Source: Emiliania huxleyi CCMP1516 (Eukaryota). From it: a stretch of 64,000 bases of DNA. The notes beneath the pieces were generated by a model. That model made no database searches. It saw nothing but the letters and a program-made list of their open reading frames with translations, and had not been told where the DNA came from. Location: assembly GCF_000372725.1 (NCBI RefSeq), contig NW_005201287.1, forward strand, positions 264,986 through 328,985, written 5' to 3'. This document shows, piece after piece, positions 10,027 through 20,950 of the stretch (positions are counted from its first letter, which is position 1; the number at the start of each line of letters is the position of its first letter). The position numbers were made by a program, and so were the translations under genes.

Positions 10027-12183
10027 CTATGAGCGCTGGGCCGCCTCCGCTGCCATCCTGGCGGCGGTCGCCCTGGCCCTCGCAGCTACTGCAGCAGCAC
10101 GCCTCGCCTCTGTCGCGGCCGCCGCCTCCTCAAACGCCGCCTCGCCCTTCTCAACAGCCGAGTCGGCCCCACTCAGCGCCGCCTTCGCCTCCTCAAACGC
10201 CGCTCTGGCCTCCGCCTGCGCCGCCCTGGCCTCCGCCCGTGCAGCCTCGGCATCCGCCTCCGTCGCCTCAGCCGCCGCCTCGGCCTCCTCCTCCTCCTCC
10301 GCCTCCTCCTCCGCCTCGTCCGCCTCAGCGTCCAAGCGTGCCGCCTCGGCCACCTCTGCCGACGCCGCCGCCTGGCTCTCCGCCGTGATGCCGAACCGGA
10401 TCCTCTCCTCGGTGAGCGTCTCGAGAAGCAGGAGGAGCCTCGCCTCCTCGGCCTTCTTCGCCGCCTCGGCTGCGTCTGCCTCCGACGGCGCCTCGGGTTC
10501 TTGCGACGGCCCCGCCCCGCCGCCCTTCTTCTTCTTCTTGCCCTTCTTCCCCTTGGCGCGCTTCTCCGCCTCGACCTCCGCCAGCAGCTCCTCGGCGTGC
10601 CGCGCCGCCTCCTTCTCCTCCGCCGCCTTCTGCGCCGCCCTCTCCGCCGCTCCCGCGGCCCACGCCGCCTCCGCCGCCGCCTTCTCCGCCGCCTTCTCGG
10701 CCGCCGCATGCTCCGCGAGGGCGCGCGCGCACTCGGTGTGGCCCTCCTGCTTGGCAAACTGCAGCGCGGTGTTGCCATCTGCATTGCACAGCGTCACGTC
10801 TGCGCCGGCTCGCAGCAGGCAGAGAAGGGCGGCGGAGTGGCCGTGGTAAGCGGCCCGATCCAGTGCGGTGTCGCCGTTCATGTCTTGCAGGTCGATGTCC
10901 GCGCCGTGCCGGATCAGCGCGTGGACAATATTCTCGTGGCCGTTGGTGGCGGCGCCCATCAGCGCGGTGATGCAGTGACTGCCGTTTCGCTCGTTGATCT
11001 CCGCGCCGTGCCGCAATGCCAGCTCGAGCAGCTTCACGAAGCCATTCGCGGCGGCGCCCATCAGCGCGTTGGTGCCGTTGCTGGTATGCAAAGAGACATC
11101 CGCGCCGCGCTGGAGCAGCGCCTCGGCCAGCCCCTCGTGGCCCTTGGCCATTGCGATCATCAGCAGCGTCACGCCGCTCACAACGCCGCCCGAATAGAGG
11201 CACTCGAACGTCACGTCGACCCGCCCGCCGCCGTCGAGCCACACCAGCACCACCTCCTCATCGCCTCGCTCAGCGGCTAGCACAACCTCCTCTGGCAGCG
11301 CCCCGCTGCTCGGCTCAGCCTCCGCGCCGCCCTCGCCGCTCGAAGCAGAGGCCGCGGCACTCGCACCCACCGCCGCGCCTGCGCCGCCCGCCTCGGCCGA
11401 CGCTGCCTTGCTCCGGACCGCCGCCACCTCCCCGAGATACGTCTTGAAGGCCTGGACGCACTCGGCGTGGCCCCTCTCCTTGGCCAACTGCAGCGCCGTC
11501 TTGCCCGCCGCATCGCGCAGCGTCATGTCTGCGCCCGCCCGCAGCAGGCGGAGCATGACGGCGGGGCGGTTGTGCGCTGCGGCGTGCATCAGCGCGGAGC
11601 CACCGTTCTTGTTCTGCAGGTCGATCTCCGCGCCACGCCGCAGCAGCAGATCGACGACCCGCTCTTTGCCGCCGTGGGCAGCCGCTGATAGCGCCGGCCA
11701 GGCCGAATCTTGCGGGCTCATCTCCGCGCCGCGCCGCAGCAGCAGGTCGACCACCCGCTCTTGGCCGCCCTGGGCGGATGATGCCAACGCCGTCCCGATC
11801 TCCGCTCCGTGCTGCAGCAGCATCTCCACCATTCGCTCGCGGCCGTAGTAGGCGGCAGCGTTGAGCGCTGTGAGGCCGAGACTGTTCTGCAGGTTGATGT
11901 GCGCGCCACGCTTCAGGAGGAGCTCGACAATCTGCACATGCCCGTTCTGTGCGGCGAGCATCAGCAGGGTGTATGGAACCGTACTGCCGCCGACCTCAGA
12001 GGGTATCTCAGCGAGAGTGTTGGCTTTCCCGCCGTCATTCAGCCACGATCGCACTGGTCCCAGTCGGCCGTCCGTAGCCGCCTTCAGGACGTTCTTTGGG
12101 AACTCACCACCCGGCGCGCTATCAGCAGACGGCGGCGGCGGCGTGCGGAGCGCGGCGTTGGCGCGGGAGCGCGAGTCGGGCAT
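10027..12183 (-). CDS. Ankyrin-repeat protein, paralogue of 3090..5096
   Basis: Same architecture and shared segments (EAEPSSGA.PEEVVLAAERGDE, KEAARHA.ELLAEVEAEKRAKGKKGKKKKK, RIRFGIT). First ATG at 12183. Confidence 0.9.
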   Translation of the reverse strand: MPDSRSRANAALRTPPPPSADSAPGGEFPKNVLKAATDGRLGPVRSWLNDGGKANTLAEIPSEVGGSTVPYTLLMLAAQNGHVQIVELLLKRGAHINLQNSLGLTALNAAAYYGRERMVEMLLQHGAEIGTALASSAQGGQERVVDLLLRRGAEMSPQDSAWPALSAAAHGGKERVVDLLLRRGAEIDLQNKNGGSALMHAAAHNRPAVMLRLLRAGADMTLRDAAGKTALQLAKERGHAECVQAFKTYLGEVAAVRSKAASAEAGGAGAAVGASAAASASSGEGGAEAEPSSGALPEEVVLAAERGDEEVVLVWLDGGGRVDVTFECLYSGGVVSGVTLLMIAMAKGHEGLAEALLQRGADVSLHTSNGTNALMGAAANGFVKLLELALRHGAEINERNGSHCITALMGAATNGHENIVHALIRHGADIDLQDMNGDTALDRAAYHGHSAALLCLLRAGADVTLCNADGNTALQFAKQEGHTECARALAEHAAAEKAAEKAAAEAAWAAGAAERAAQKAAEEKEAARHAEELLAEVEAEKRAKGKKGKKKKKGGGAGPSQEPEAPSEADAAEAAKKAEEARLLLLLETLTEERIRFGITAESQAAASAEVAEAARLDAEADEAEEEAEEEEEAEAAAEATEADAEAARAEARAAQAEARAAFEEAKAALSGADSAVEKGEAAFEEAAAATEARRAAAVAARARATAARMAAEAAQRS

Positions 12184-12384
12184 GACGGCTAGTGGGCTGG
12201 CGCGCGATTTGTTTTTGTCCACAGAAATTTCTTTTCGCTGAAAAAACATAACACCTCAATCCCCAAAAACAAGAAAAAGAAATCCGCGCGCCAGGCCCAC
12301 GCCGCAAGAAAGATCAAGGAAAAAGACTAGGCTAATAACTCCCTCAGATTACAAGAAAAAGAAATTGGCGCTGCACACCACCCG
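12184..12384. promoter_or_regulatory. Probable bidirectional promoter between divergent ankyrin and kelch genes
   Basis: 200-bp A/T-tract-rich spacer between two head-to-head start codons in otherwise GC-rich DNA. Confidence 0.5.
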
Positions 12385-13688
12385 ATGGCCTCCCACCGCA
12401 TCGGCGCGCGCGTCGCGGGCCTCTCGCCAGCGCAGCTGTGCGCCATCATCGAGGCGCAGGCGGGCGCGAGCGACGCCGCGCTGCGCGTGGCGGAGGAGCA
12501 CGCCGCTCGGCTCGTGGAGCAGCCCGAGTGGATCCTCTCCGAGGTCCTCCTCTCGCCGGACCTCGCCCCGCACATCCTCGTCCAGCTGCCGACCACGGAG
12601 CACGCCATCAAGGGAACGTGCCGCGCGTGGCGCCGCGGCTGGAAGGAGACGCTGAAGAAGCGCGAGAGGCCGCGCCTGACTGTGATCGGCGGCCACGACG
12701 GCGATGGTGAGACTGTCAACTCGCTGAGCGGTACGACCCGTCAACGAATGAGTGGGAGGAGGAGGCTGTGGCGCCGATGCTAACGGCACGAACGCATGTC
12801 GGCACGGCGGTGCTCGACGGCAAGCTCTACGCGGTGGGCGGCGAGAATGACGACGACCACTACCTCACCTCGGTCGAGCGGTACGACCCGGCAGTAGGCG
12901 CGTTGGATGTGTGGGAGGCGGTGGCGCCGATGGCGACGGCTCGGCAGGCTCACGGCGTGGCGGTGCTCGACGGCAAGCTGTACGCTGTGGGCGGCGACCA
13001 CGTTGACGGCTACCTCAGCTCGGTGGAGCGGTTCGATCCCGCGACGAACGCGTGGGAGGCGGTGGCGCCGATGGGGACGGCGCGGAGTGACCATGGCGTG
13101 GCGATGCTCGACGGCAAGCTGTACGCTATGGGCGGCGACCACGTTGACGGCTACCTCAGCTCGGTGGAGCGGTTCGATCCCGCGACGAACGCGTGGGAGG
13201 CGGTGGCGCCGATGGGGACGGCGCGGAGTGACCATGGCGTGGCGATGCTCGACGGCAAGCTGTATGCTGTGGGCGGATTCGATGGTGGCCGCCTCAGCTC
13301 GGTCGAGCGGTACGACCCGGCGGCGAACGCATGGGAGGCGGTGGCGCCGGTGGCGGAGTTGCGGGACGAGCTCGCAGTTGCGGTGCTCGACGGCAAGCTG
13401 TACGCCGTGGGAGGCTTCAACGACGACGACGGCTGGCTCAGCTCGGTGGAGCGGTACGACCCTGCGCTGGATGTGTGGGAGGCTGTGGCGCCGATGGCGA
13501 CGGCTCGGTGTCGTCACGCCGTGGCGGTGCTCGACGGCAAGCTGTACGCTGTGGGCGGGTACAACGATGAGAACGAGGGGGCGCATATCGGCTGCCTGGT
13601 GGAGCGTTACGACCCGGCGTTGGAGGTATGGGAGGCGGTGGCGTCGATGGGGTGGGCACGGCTCTCTCCGGGCGTCACCTTGCTGTAG
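12385..13688 (+). pseudogene. F-box-like/kelch-repeat protein with a 1-nt frameshift near 12725 (pseudogene or sequencing error)
   Basis: N-terminal EVLLSPDLAPHILVQL...CRAWR, then kelch repeats (AVLDGKLYAVGG...SVERYDP...WEAVAPM). TCG CT GAG CGG TAC GAC CCG is one base short of the S-V-E-R-Y-D-P consensus. Confidence 0.8.
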
Positions 13689-13802
13689 CCGACGGAGCAT
13701 GGAGTGCGAGGTCAGGGCAGAGCCAACGCGAGAAAGAAACATTCGCACGAGCTGTGTGTATGTAGGACGTTTGCGTTTTTCTTTTTATTCAAAGCCCCTC
13801 GT

Positions 13803-13935
13803 CTGACAGCAACACCCGACAGCTCCGACAGCACCCGACACGCGACAGCTACAGATATCCCCTCTGACTGTCAGACACGCACCCGACAGCAGTCAGCACC
13901 CGACAGCACTGACACAGACAGCACTCAGCAGCACA
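13803..13935. repeat. GACAGC-rich degenerate repeat; related tract at 24591..24650
   Basis: Reiterated (C)GACAGC; both tracts share CCCGACACGCGACAG. Confidence 0.6.
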
Positions 13936-13936
13936 C

Positions 13937-14016
13937 GTGTGGAGATGCGAGGGTTCGCCCCCCCTTGCCCCACCACTTTGTGTGTGGAGAATTTTACCTT
14001 ACCTTACCTTACCTTA
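13937..14016 (+). mobile_element. Short 3' fragment of a retroposon with a (TTACC)n tail
   Basis: GTGTGGAGATGCGAGGG...GTGTGTGGAGAA followed by (TTACC)4; reverse-complement copy at 62230..62307. Confidence 0.65.
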
Positions 14017-14218
14017 GTCCTCACAACCTGGGCATATGCAGGATACATGCATTCTCGACACTCGCGTGGGGAAAAATTAAAACGGCCCCCGCGTGTGGCT
14101 GTGATGCTGGGCGGTGACCTCAAGGCACAAGGGGCTCAACCGACTACGGAGGAATCCGTCGCCAGAGGACGCAACTCGCAGGGCAGCCGACGGGGGATGG
14201 CAGGGCCCCTGCGCCCCT

Positions 14219-15867
14219 TCACCTCGGGCAGTAGAAGGTCACCTTGTACTCGACCCCCGCCTACAGCAGCCGCACCTGACTCTCACGGGCCGCGGGAGAA
14301 AGAGAGAGCGCCTCTTTCCTTGGCAGAGCGGCGCCGGGCACTGCGCGAGTCCGACGCCGTCGTCGTAGGCGAATGCGTACACGGACGGGCACAGTCGGTG
14401 CACCGCCTAAGAATGACTCGTGAGAAGCTGACACGCGGCCGGCCTTGGGCGGGCGGCAGCGGCATGTCGAGCTTCAGCCTCGGTGTACAGCGCGCGCGCC
14501 ACCGGCCCGCTCGAGCACGCCTCAGGCTGGACCGGCGGCGTGGGGCAGCAAAAGTCGCGCGCCTCTTCGGACTGCGGCGCGTGCCCGTAGCCCTGGCCCC
14601 ACTGCCCAAAGGAGAGCTTGCCTGATGGACTGACGAATGAAGTCACTAGTGTTGGTTGGCTGGCGAGCCCCACTGCCCGAAGGAGAGCGTGCCGCAGGGG
14701 GAGTAGCACCCGACCACTTGCGTCTTGTTGTGCAGCGCGTGCAGCTGCAGGTCCTGCTCCCCGTGCGCCGGGCCGAGGTCCTCCTTGTCGGGGCACTGCG
14801 AGAGCGCGAGAGTCGAGCAGTCGATCACGGACGGCGACTGTGGGCAGTCGCCGCTCACCTCGACCTTGTACGGCAGCGTCCACCCGTCCACCTGCCAGAC
14901 ACGCGTGTGCGTGTGCGTGTGCATGTGCATGTGCATGTGCATGTGCATGTGCATGTGCATGTGCATGTGCATGTGCATGTGCATGTGCATGGGCGTGTGC
15001 ATGTGCATGTGCACACACAATCGACGACCAACCTCGGCTGCATCTCGGCCAAACCTCGGCTACACCTCGGCCAGATCTCGCCCATCTCTCGCCCACATCT
15101 CGGTGGCGCCTGCGAGACGTCCCACCAGTCGACGGCGCCTACGACGAAAGGCCTCCATCACCAGACTCCGGTGAGGAGCCCTCGCCTGACCGGCCCCGCG
15201 TCGCCGATGGGCTGATCGGGCGCGGACGGGTTCCTCGCGCAGCGCGACGGCTCGAGCTTGCAGCCAAAGGTGGCCTGGTTGGGGCGGCGGGAGCAAGATC
15301 GAGTGTGTGGTGTGTGTATGCGTTGTGGCGTCTCGGAAGTGTCTCGGAAGTGTCCCAGGGTCCCGGGAGCCGTCTCGCCTCGAATTTGCTGTCGACGGGC
15401 GGCGCGCAGCCCTCCGGCGCACACGCCTCCCCCGGCCCGCCCGACTGCCCGATGGCGCACATCTGGCCAGCCTCGTTGCAGCCCCACTTTGGCCAGAAGC
15501 GAGTTGAGGCGAGGCCGGCGTCGGGGACGGTGAAGGCGTACTCTTCGCCCGCGCCGAGCTTAACGTCGGGAGTGAAGAGAGGGACGGCGACCGCGGTGCC
15601 CGCGAGCCAGATGTCGTCCTTCTGGCAGCCGTTGACGAAGCGTAGCCTCTCGCGGCCGCTCCTGAGGTCGAGCTCGCCGCCTGGCGCCGACCGGCGGACA
15701 GCGACGCTTCCGAGGAGGCCGCAAGAGATTGCCACGGCGCCGGCGAGCGCCAGCACCGAAGGGCGACGGTGCAACGGCGAGGCAGCAGCATTAGCCGGGG
15801 GCAGGCGCGTGTACGGCGTGTCTCCGGTCTGCATCGTCGGCGAGTGGAGCCTTGCTGGCTCTCGCAT
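14219..15867 (-). CDS. Thaumatin-like (PR-5) protein, multi-exon
   Basis: FVNGC...IW, RFWPKWGC, SKFEA/TFGC, WDVSQ/VDGWTLP, CYSPC, CPSVYAFAYDD and YKVTFYCP follow the thaumatin motif order; hydrophobic segment near the N-terminus. Confidence 0.85.
14904..15018. repeat. (GCATGT)n alternating purine-pyrimidine microsatellite in a thaumatin intron
   Basis: Directly visible tandem hexamer. Confidence 0.95.
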
Positions 15868-15904
15868 GTATCAGTAAGTCCGCACCCTGGTTGGTGTGTG
15901 CCGT

Positions 15905-16896
15905 GAGCCGTCTTTTTTACAGGTTGCAACCCAGTTTCGCACAGTGCTGTGAGTAGTGTCAGGGGCAGTAGGTGGGCGAGCTTCAGGCGCGCCCATCTCG
16001 ATCGTCAAGGCGTCGCTACGCGCGGTCTTCCGCGGGGGGAGCTGCGTCGACGGGTGCGGGACCGCGGCGCAGCCAGTGCCGCGGCGAGGCCTCCGGCTGT
16101 TTGCGGCGGGCGGCTTGCTGCTCGCTGCATGGCGAAAAACTCGTCTCGCCACACGCCAAGGGCTTATGCTCTGGCGAGACGTGAGGCGCATGCGCCCAGG
16201 AGGGGAGGGGGCATGTGTAACGACACTGCTAGAGATGCCTTTCGGGGCCCAGAGATAAAACTTCTGTGATGCCATGCGTGACCTAGTAGTGTCCCCAGCT
16301 ATGGGCGTGTCCACGTTGGAGCCAGGTGTGGTGTGGGCGCGAGAATAGCTCCGCCGTTCATGGAGGCAACCGATGCGAGTCGACTGGTGTGTGTCGTCGT
16401 GGTTTCGTATCAAGAATACTCACTCACACACAGTGCTGTGAATCGAGCGGCAACCAACAGCTCTCAGGACCCCCCGGTGCTGGGGTGCTGCCAGCAACCA
16501 ACCAACTCACCGGCGAGCGGAGCGAGCCGAAGAGCTGGGGCCAAATTCGTGAATGAATGAACTGACTGGCAGCGAACGTCAATCAATCAATCAACGCCGC
16601 CCGCAGCATCGAGCGGCACGTCCTCCCCACAACCAGCGGCGTGTATTGCACCATAGGTCGTCGGCTTTGCCGACGGGCGACGTGCACGGGACACAGGGAC
16701 GGGCGAACCACGTACCCGAACAAGCATGATCCATCCAGTTCCAGAGAACGGGGCATTGCACCTACCTACATGGTGCGGGACCTGGTGCAGCAACCAACAA
16801 CCTGGATGGGGACTCGGTGCTGCGCAACCGACGCCAACCAGCAGCGTTCACAGCACAGTGCGAAACTAGGGTTGCAACCTGGTACAAAGACGGCTC
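15905..16896. mobile_element. ~1-kb element bounded by ~48-bp imperfect inverted repeats
   Basis: 15905..15952 (GAGCCGTCTTTTTTACAGGTTGCAACCCAGTTTCGCACAGTGCTGTGA) is the imperfect reverse complement of 16848..16896. No clear TSD or transposase. Confidence 0.65.
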
Positions 16897-17361
16897 GCTG
16901 TGTCGAGCCTGTCTGCTGTGTCCTGTGAGAGTAACGACCGCGCGACGGCGACGGTGGCTGCCGCTGCCGCTGCCGCTGCTTCTGCCTGCCGCTGCCGCTG
17001 CTTCTGCCGCTAGGGGGGGGTGCGCGTTCGCAGGGAAAGGGCCGTAAAGTAAACACGGGTCGACGGGTCTCCGAGGGTTGGCTCCGCGCTCCGGGTTTCC
17101 CCTAGCAGCAGACCGCCCCCTCTACTCGGAGCTATAATGAACACCAGACATGAACACGACACGCACTCTCACACGACGTCACCGCTCAGGGCCCCTTCGC
17201 GCGGGGTCCTCATCCTCACTCCGGAGGAGTCTTGGAGCACTTGGAGTGTGGTCATTAGCCTGACATCCGATATTTTTTTTTGACGGCGCCACCACTTTCG
17301 AAGTGCGTTCGAACAGCAGTCCTCGGGCGAGCCTGTCAAACCTGTCACTCACCACCTCAAA

Positions 17362-20300
17362 ATGGAGTTCACCCTCACCAAGCACAAGCTCTGGCGCTCG
17401 TGCGCGCGTAAGCTCGTCATCCTCGGCGACGAGGTGCTCACGCTCGACGGCAACGGCCGCACCACCAACAAGCTCGACTTGCTCCGGCTCGAAATCGAGG
17501 ACGGTCCTGGCGACACCTTCACAATCCAGGAGCGCGCGGAGGGCGCGTGCGGCCTGCCAAACCTGCTCGGACCGCGCATCTTCCACTTCAGCGCCGCCCG
17601 CAAGCCCGAGGTGCTCGCCGCACTCCATAAGCGCGACATCTTTGCGGCGCGGCTGTCGGTGGAGCCGCGCTCCGGCGGCTCGTCGCCCTCCGCTGTCGGC
17701 GCGCCACCCGTCGCCGCGTCGCCCGACGACGCGGCCACTCCGCGCGCCGAGGCGGCGGCGTGTCTCGCCGAGGCGGTGGAGGCCATCCTTCGGCCGGACG
17801 GGTCGTCGCCCGGGCTGCTCGGTTGCGGCCTACTCGGGGCCGAGGTGCACACACACACGAGCCGCACCTCGTGTCTAGCCCCCCCCCCCCCCCTCCCTCC
17901 TCCTCCCTGCTCGGCTGTCGTCTGCTCTCGGCTCTCTTCGACGCGTCTGCCCACCTGGGCTGCGCCCCTGCCCACACCTCCCACCACCCCCTCCAGACCC
18001 ACATCCCCCCTCCCTGCCTTCCGCTCAGGGCCTCGCGAGAGCGGAGGCGCACAACGCCCTCTTCCGAAAGGGCCTCGCCGCCAACGCCTCGGGCGACTCC
18101 GCCTCGGCCGCGTCGCTGCTCTTCGAGGCGAGCGACCACACACCGCATCAGCCGTAGTAGTTGTGGTGAGCAACTCTTCGAACTTCCAAGGTGTGCTCAC
18201 GACACACGCGTGCTCACTCGCCGACGACAAACATGCTCACGACAAACACGTGCTCACGACCGCTCCACGGCACGTGCTCACGACACACGCCCACGGCACG
18301 CCTGCCTCAGGCGGCCAGGCTCGACCCGCGGCCGACCACCATCCTCTCGCACGTCAACATGCCCTCCCACGCTCCTGGGGCGGGCCTCTCCGCGCGGAGG
18401 ACACGTCCGTGACACGTCCACGGCACGCCGCGTAGGCGCCTTAAGCTCGGCGAGTCCGCGCTGGCGGCGGCACGCACACCTCTCTCTCCCCGACACACCA
18501 CCCCGGACGACCACTTCCCCCAGGCGGGAGATGTCACGCGCACTGCCGCACTCTCCTGGCCCTACAGGCGTGCTACTCGCGCCTCCTCGCCGAGGGCAGC
18601 CTGACCGCGAAGGCGCGCGCCATCGCAGTCTCCAAGCTGGCGGAGGCGAACGCGGCCAAGGAGGCGGAGGCGGAGGCGGAGGAGGCGGAGGCGGAGCCCC
18701 GCGTGTCGAACTCTGTGGTGGAAGAGGAGGAGGAGGAGGAGGAGGAGGAGGAGGAGGTCGAGCTGCCAACCTCGCCCTTCGTCACCCTCCGCTCTCCGAG
18801 GAGGCAGAGGTCGATGGAGCGCCGCTGGTCGCTAGACGTGGCGGCGGCGACTTCCCCCTCGCCGCGCCACCGCGAGACCGCAATCTCCTCCGCCCTCGAG
18901 GCGATCTCCCCATCGATCTCCTCGCCGGCCGCCGCCACCTTTGCCGAGCCCGCCGCCGCCGAGGGCGGCTCGCATGGGGAGGAGGGCGGCGGGGCCGGCG
19001 ACACGCCTCGCTACCGGCGCGCCTCCTCCTTCGGCGACCACCGCGCCGTCGAGCCGCGCATCCACAGCAGCCCTCGCGTGGGTGGTCAAGCCCTCGTTTC
19101 ATCTTAGGCCGCCCGCCCTTCCACCGGAGACCCGACCCCCCCACGGAGCTCCCCCCCCCCCTGAACCTTATCGGAACCTCTCCCACCTTCTCAGGCCGCC
19201 GGCTCTCCGTCGAGAGCGTGCTCAGTGCGGCCGCGCGCGGCGGCGGAGCGGCGCCGGCGCCGGCGACCGGACTCGCAACCTTCGCGTCTCCAAGCTGGTA
19301 CGGCGGAGGAGGGGCACCGACGCAGAACTCTGGCCCGCAGCAGGACAGAGCCCTCCGCCACGAATGACCACAAATGTTGCCCCCCCACCCCCCCCACCCC
19401 CACCCCCCACCTCTCCGAGCCACGGGACCACGAGTCTAAGGTGGGAAGGCAGCCTCAACATCAACAGTGAGTGGATATGTTGCGAATATGCGCCGCAGGA
19501 CGACTCCATCCGGGACGACTTCTCCCGCCGCTCCGAGGAGGTGGGGGACGGCGCCGGGCTGCAGGAGCAGCACAAGCCCGGGCCCTCACTCTTCAGTGCA
19601 CACCCCTCCAGCAGTGACTCACCGCTTCAGCGATTCCACTGTGTAGGAGGAGGGGTGGACCCTCGGCTCCGGCTTCTCCGGCGGGTGACTGGCCGCCGCG
19701 CCTCTCCGTCGCCCGGGCCGGACCCTTCCCGGACCCTTCTCGGACCCTACCCACAGGATGGGCCGCCGCGCCTCGCTCATCTCGCGCGTCTCCGCCGTCT
19801 CCTCCTCCGGCTACTCCTCTGGCTCCCCCTCCGAGGGCAAGATCGCCTCCTCGAAAGCCGCGGCGATGCCCGCCGCGCCGCCGCCGCCGCCGCTCGAGGT
19901 GCGTGGCGCCGTGACTCCTCTCTCGACGCGGGGAGGGGGGGGGGGGGGGGGCGTGAAGGGCGTCTCGTTCACGCGTCCAGTCGTGACAGGTGGCGTCGCG
20001 CCTCGACGGCCTCCTGGACGCCACCGGCGCCCTGCTGCTCCCGCCCGCCCCCCCTCCCTCGGACCTCATCGACCTGCGCTCGCCCACCACGCCGGCGGTC
20101 ATGCGCGAGGTCGCCAAAATCCGCGAGGCGCGAGACGCAGCCGAGAGGCAGCCGAGAGGCAGCCGAGAGGCAGCCGAGACGCAGCCGAGATGCAGCCGGG
20201 GTGTAGCCCCGAGATCCGCGAGGCCGGCCAGACACGGCGTGCAGGCAAGGGAGGTGTGCCTGGCTGGTGGATTGCGGCGGTATCACGCGACGCCTCCATG

Positions 20301-20745
20301 CGAGCACAGGCGACGCCGGGCCTGACAGTGCGGCAGGTGCACCGCCGCCTCGTGGCGCAGGGAGGCGAGCTGCTCGACCCGGCCGTGGCCTCCGCCAGCC
20401 GCTCAAAGGCGCCACGACGAGGGAGCTGTTGCGCGCGCGGGGTGTGGCCGGCCTGTTGCGTTGAGGAGGTTTGTGGGCCGAGTCACTGTAGGTCAAGAAG
20501 GCCGCCTCCAAGGTGACCAAGTCGGCGCTCCGCCTCCGCCACGAGCTCGGGACCGAGAACGACACGGCGCTTGCCGAGGGCGTCGCCGAGTGCTGAGGGG
20601 CCGACGAGGCCTCCCGTCAGTCGACACCTCGCCGCCGCCCCTCCCAGCGAGATGGGGCTCTCGAGGGAGGGCGCCACGCTCGGCTTTGGCCACGGGGGCA
20701 CTCCCTGGCCGGACCAGCATTGGCGTTGGCGTGGGTAGAACCTAG
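17362..20745 (+). CDS. Multi-exon hypothetical protein; N-terminal PH-like beta domain, long low-complexity C-terminus; 3' end uncertain
   Basis: MEFTLTKHKLWRSCARKLVILGDEVLTLD..RTTN resembles the N-terminal PH-like region of RME-8/DNAJC13 by eye only. Downstream acidic and Ser-rich exons are separated by repeat-filled introns. Confidence 0.5.
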
Positions 20746-20784
20746 AACGCGCGGAAGTGTGCGGGGGCGTGGGGGGGGGGAGCA

Positions 20785-20876
20785 CTGGAGCACTTGGAGT
20801 GCGGTCGGCAGCCTCACATCCAGGGCGTGGGCAGCTAGAGCACCCCAGCGATCGGGCTGCGGGCAAAAGAACCCTG
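20785..20876 (-). mobile_element. SINE-like repeat copy
   Basis: CTGGAGCACTTGGAGTGCGGTCGGCAGCCTCACATCCAGGG...; internal deletion relative to the 62682 copy. Confidence 0.7.
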
Positions 20877-20950
20877 ACACCCTGGGGGGTGCGGTGACTC
20901 ATAAGCGGGTAAGGAAAAGATTTTCTCCTTTCGGCGTCTCGTGTGTGTAA

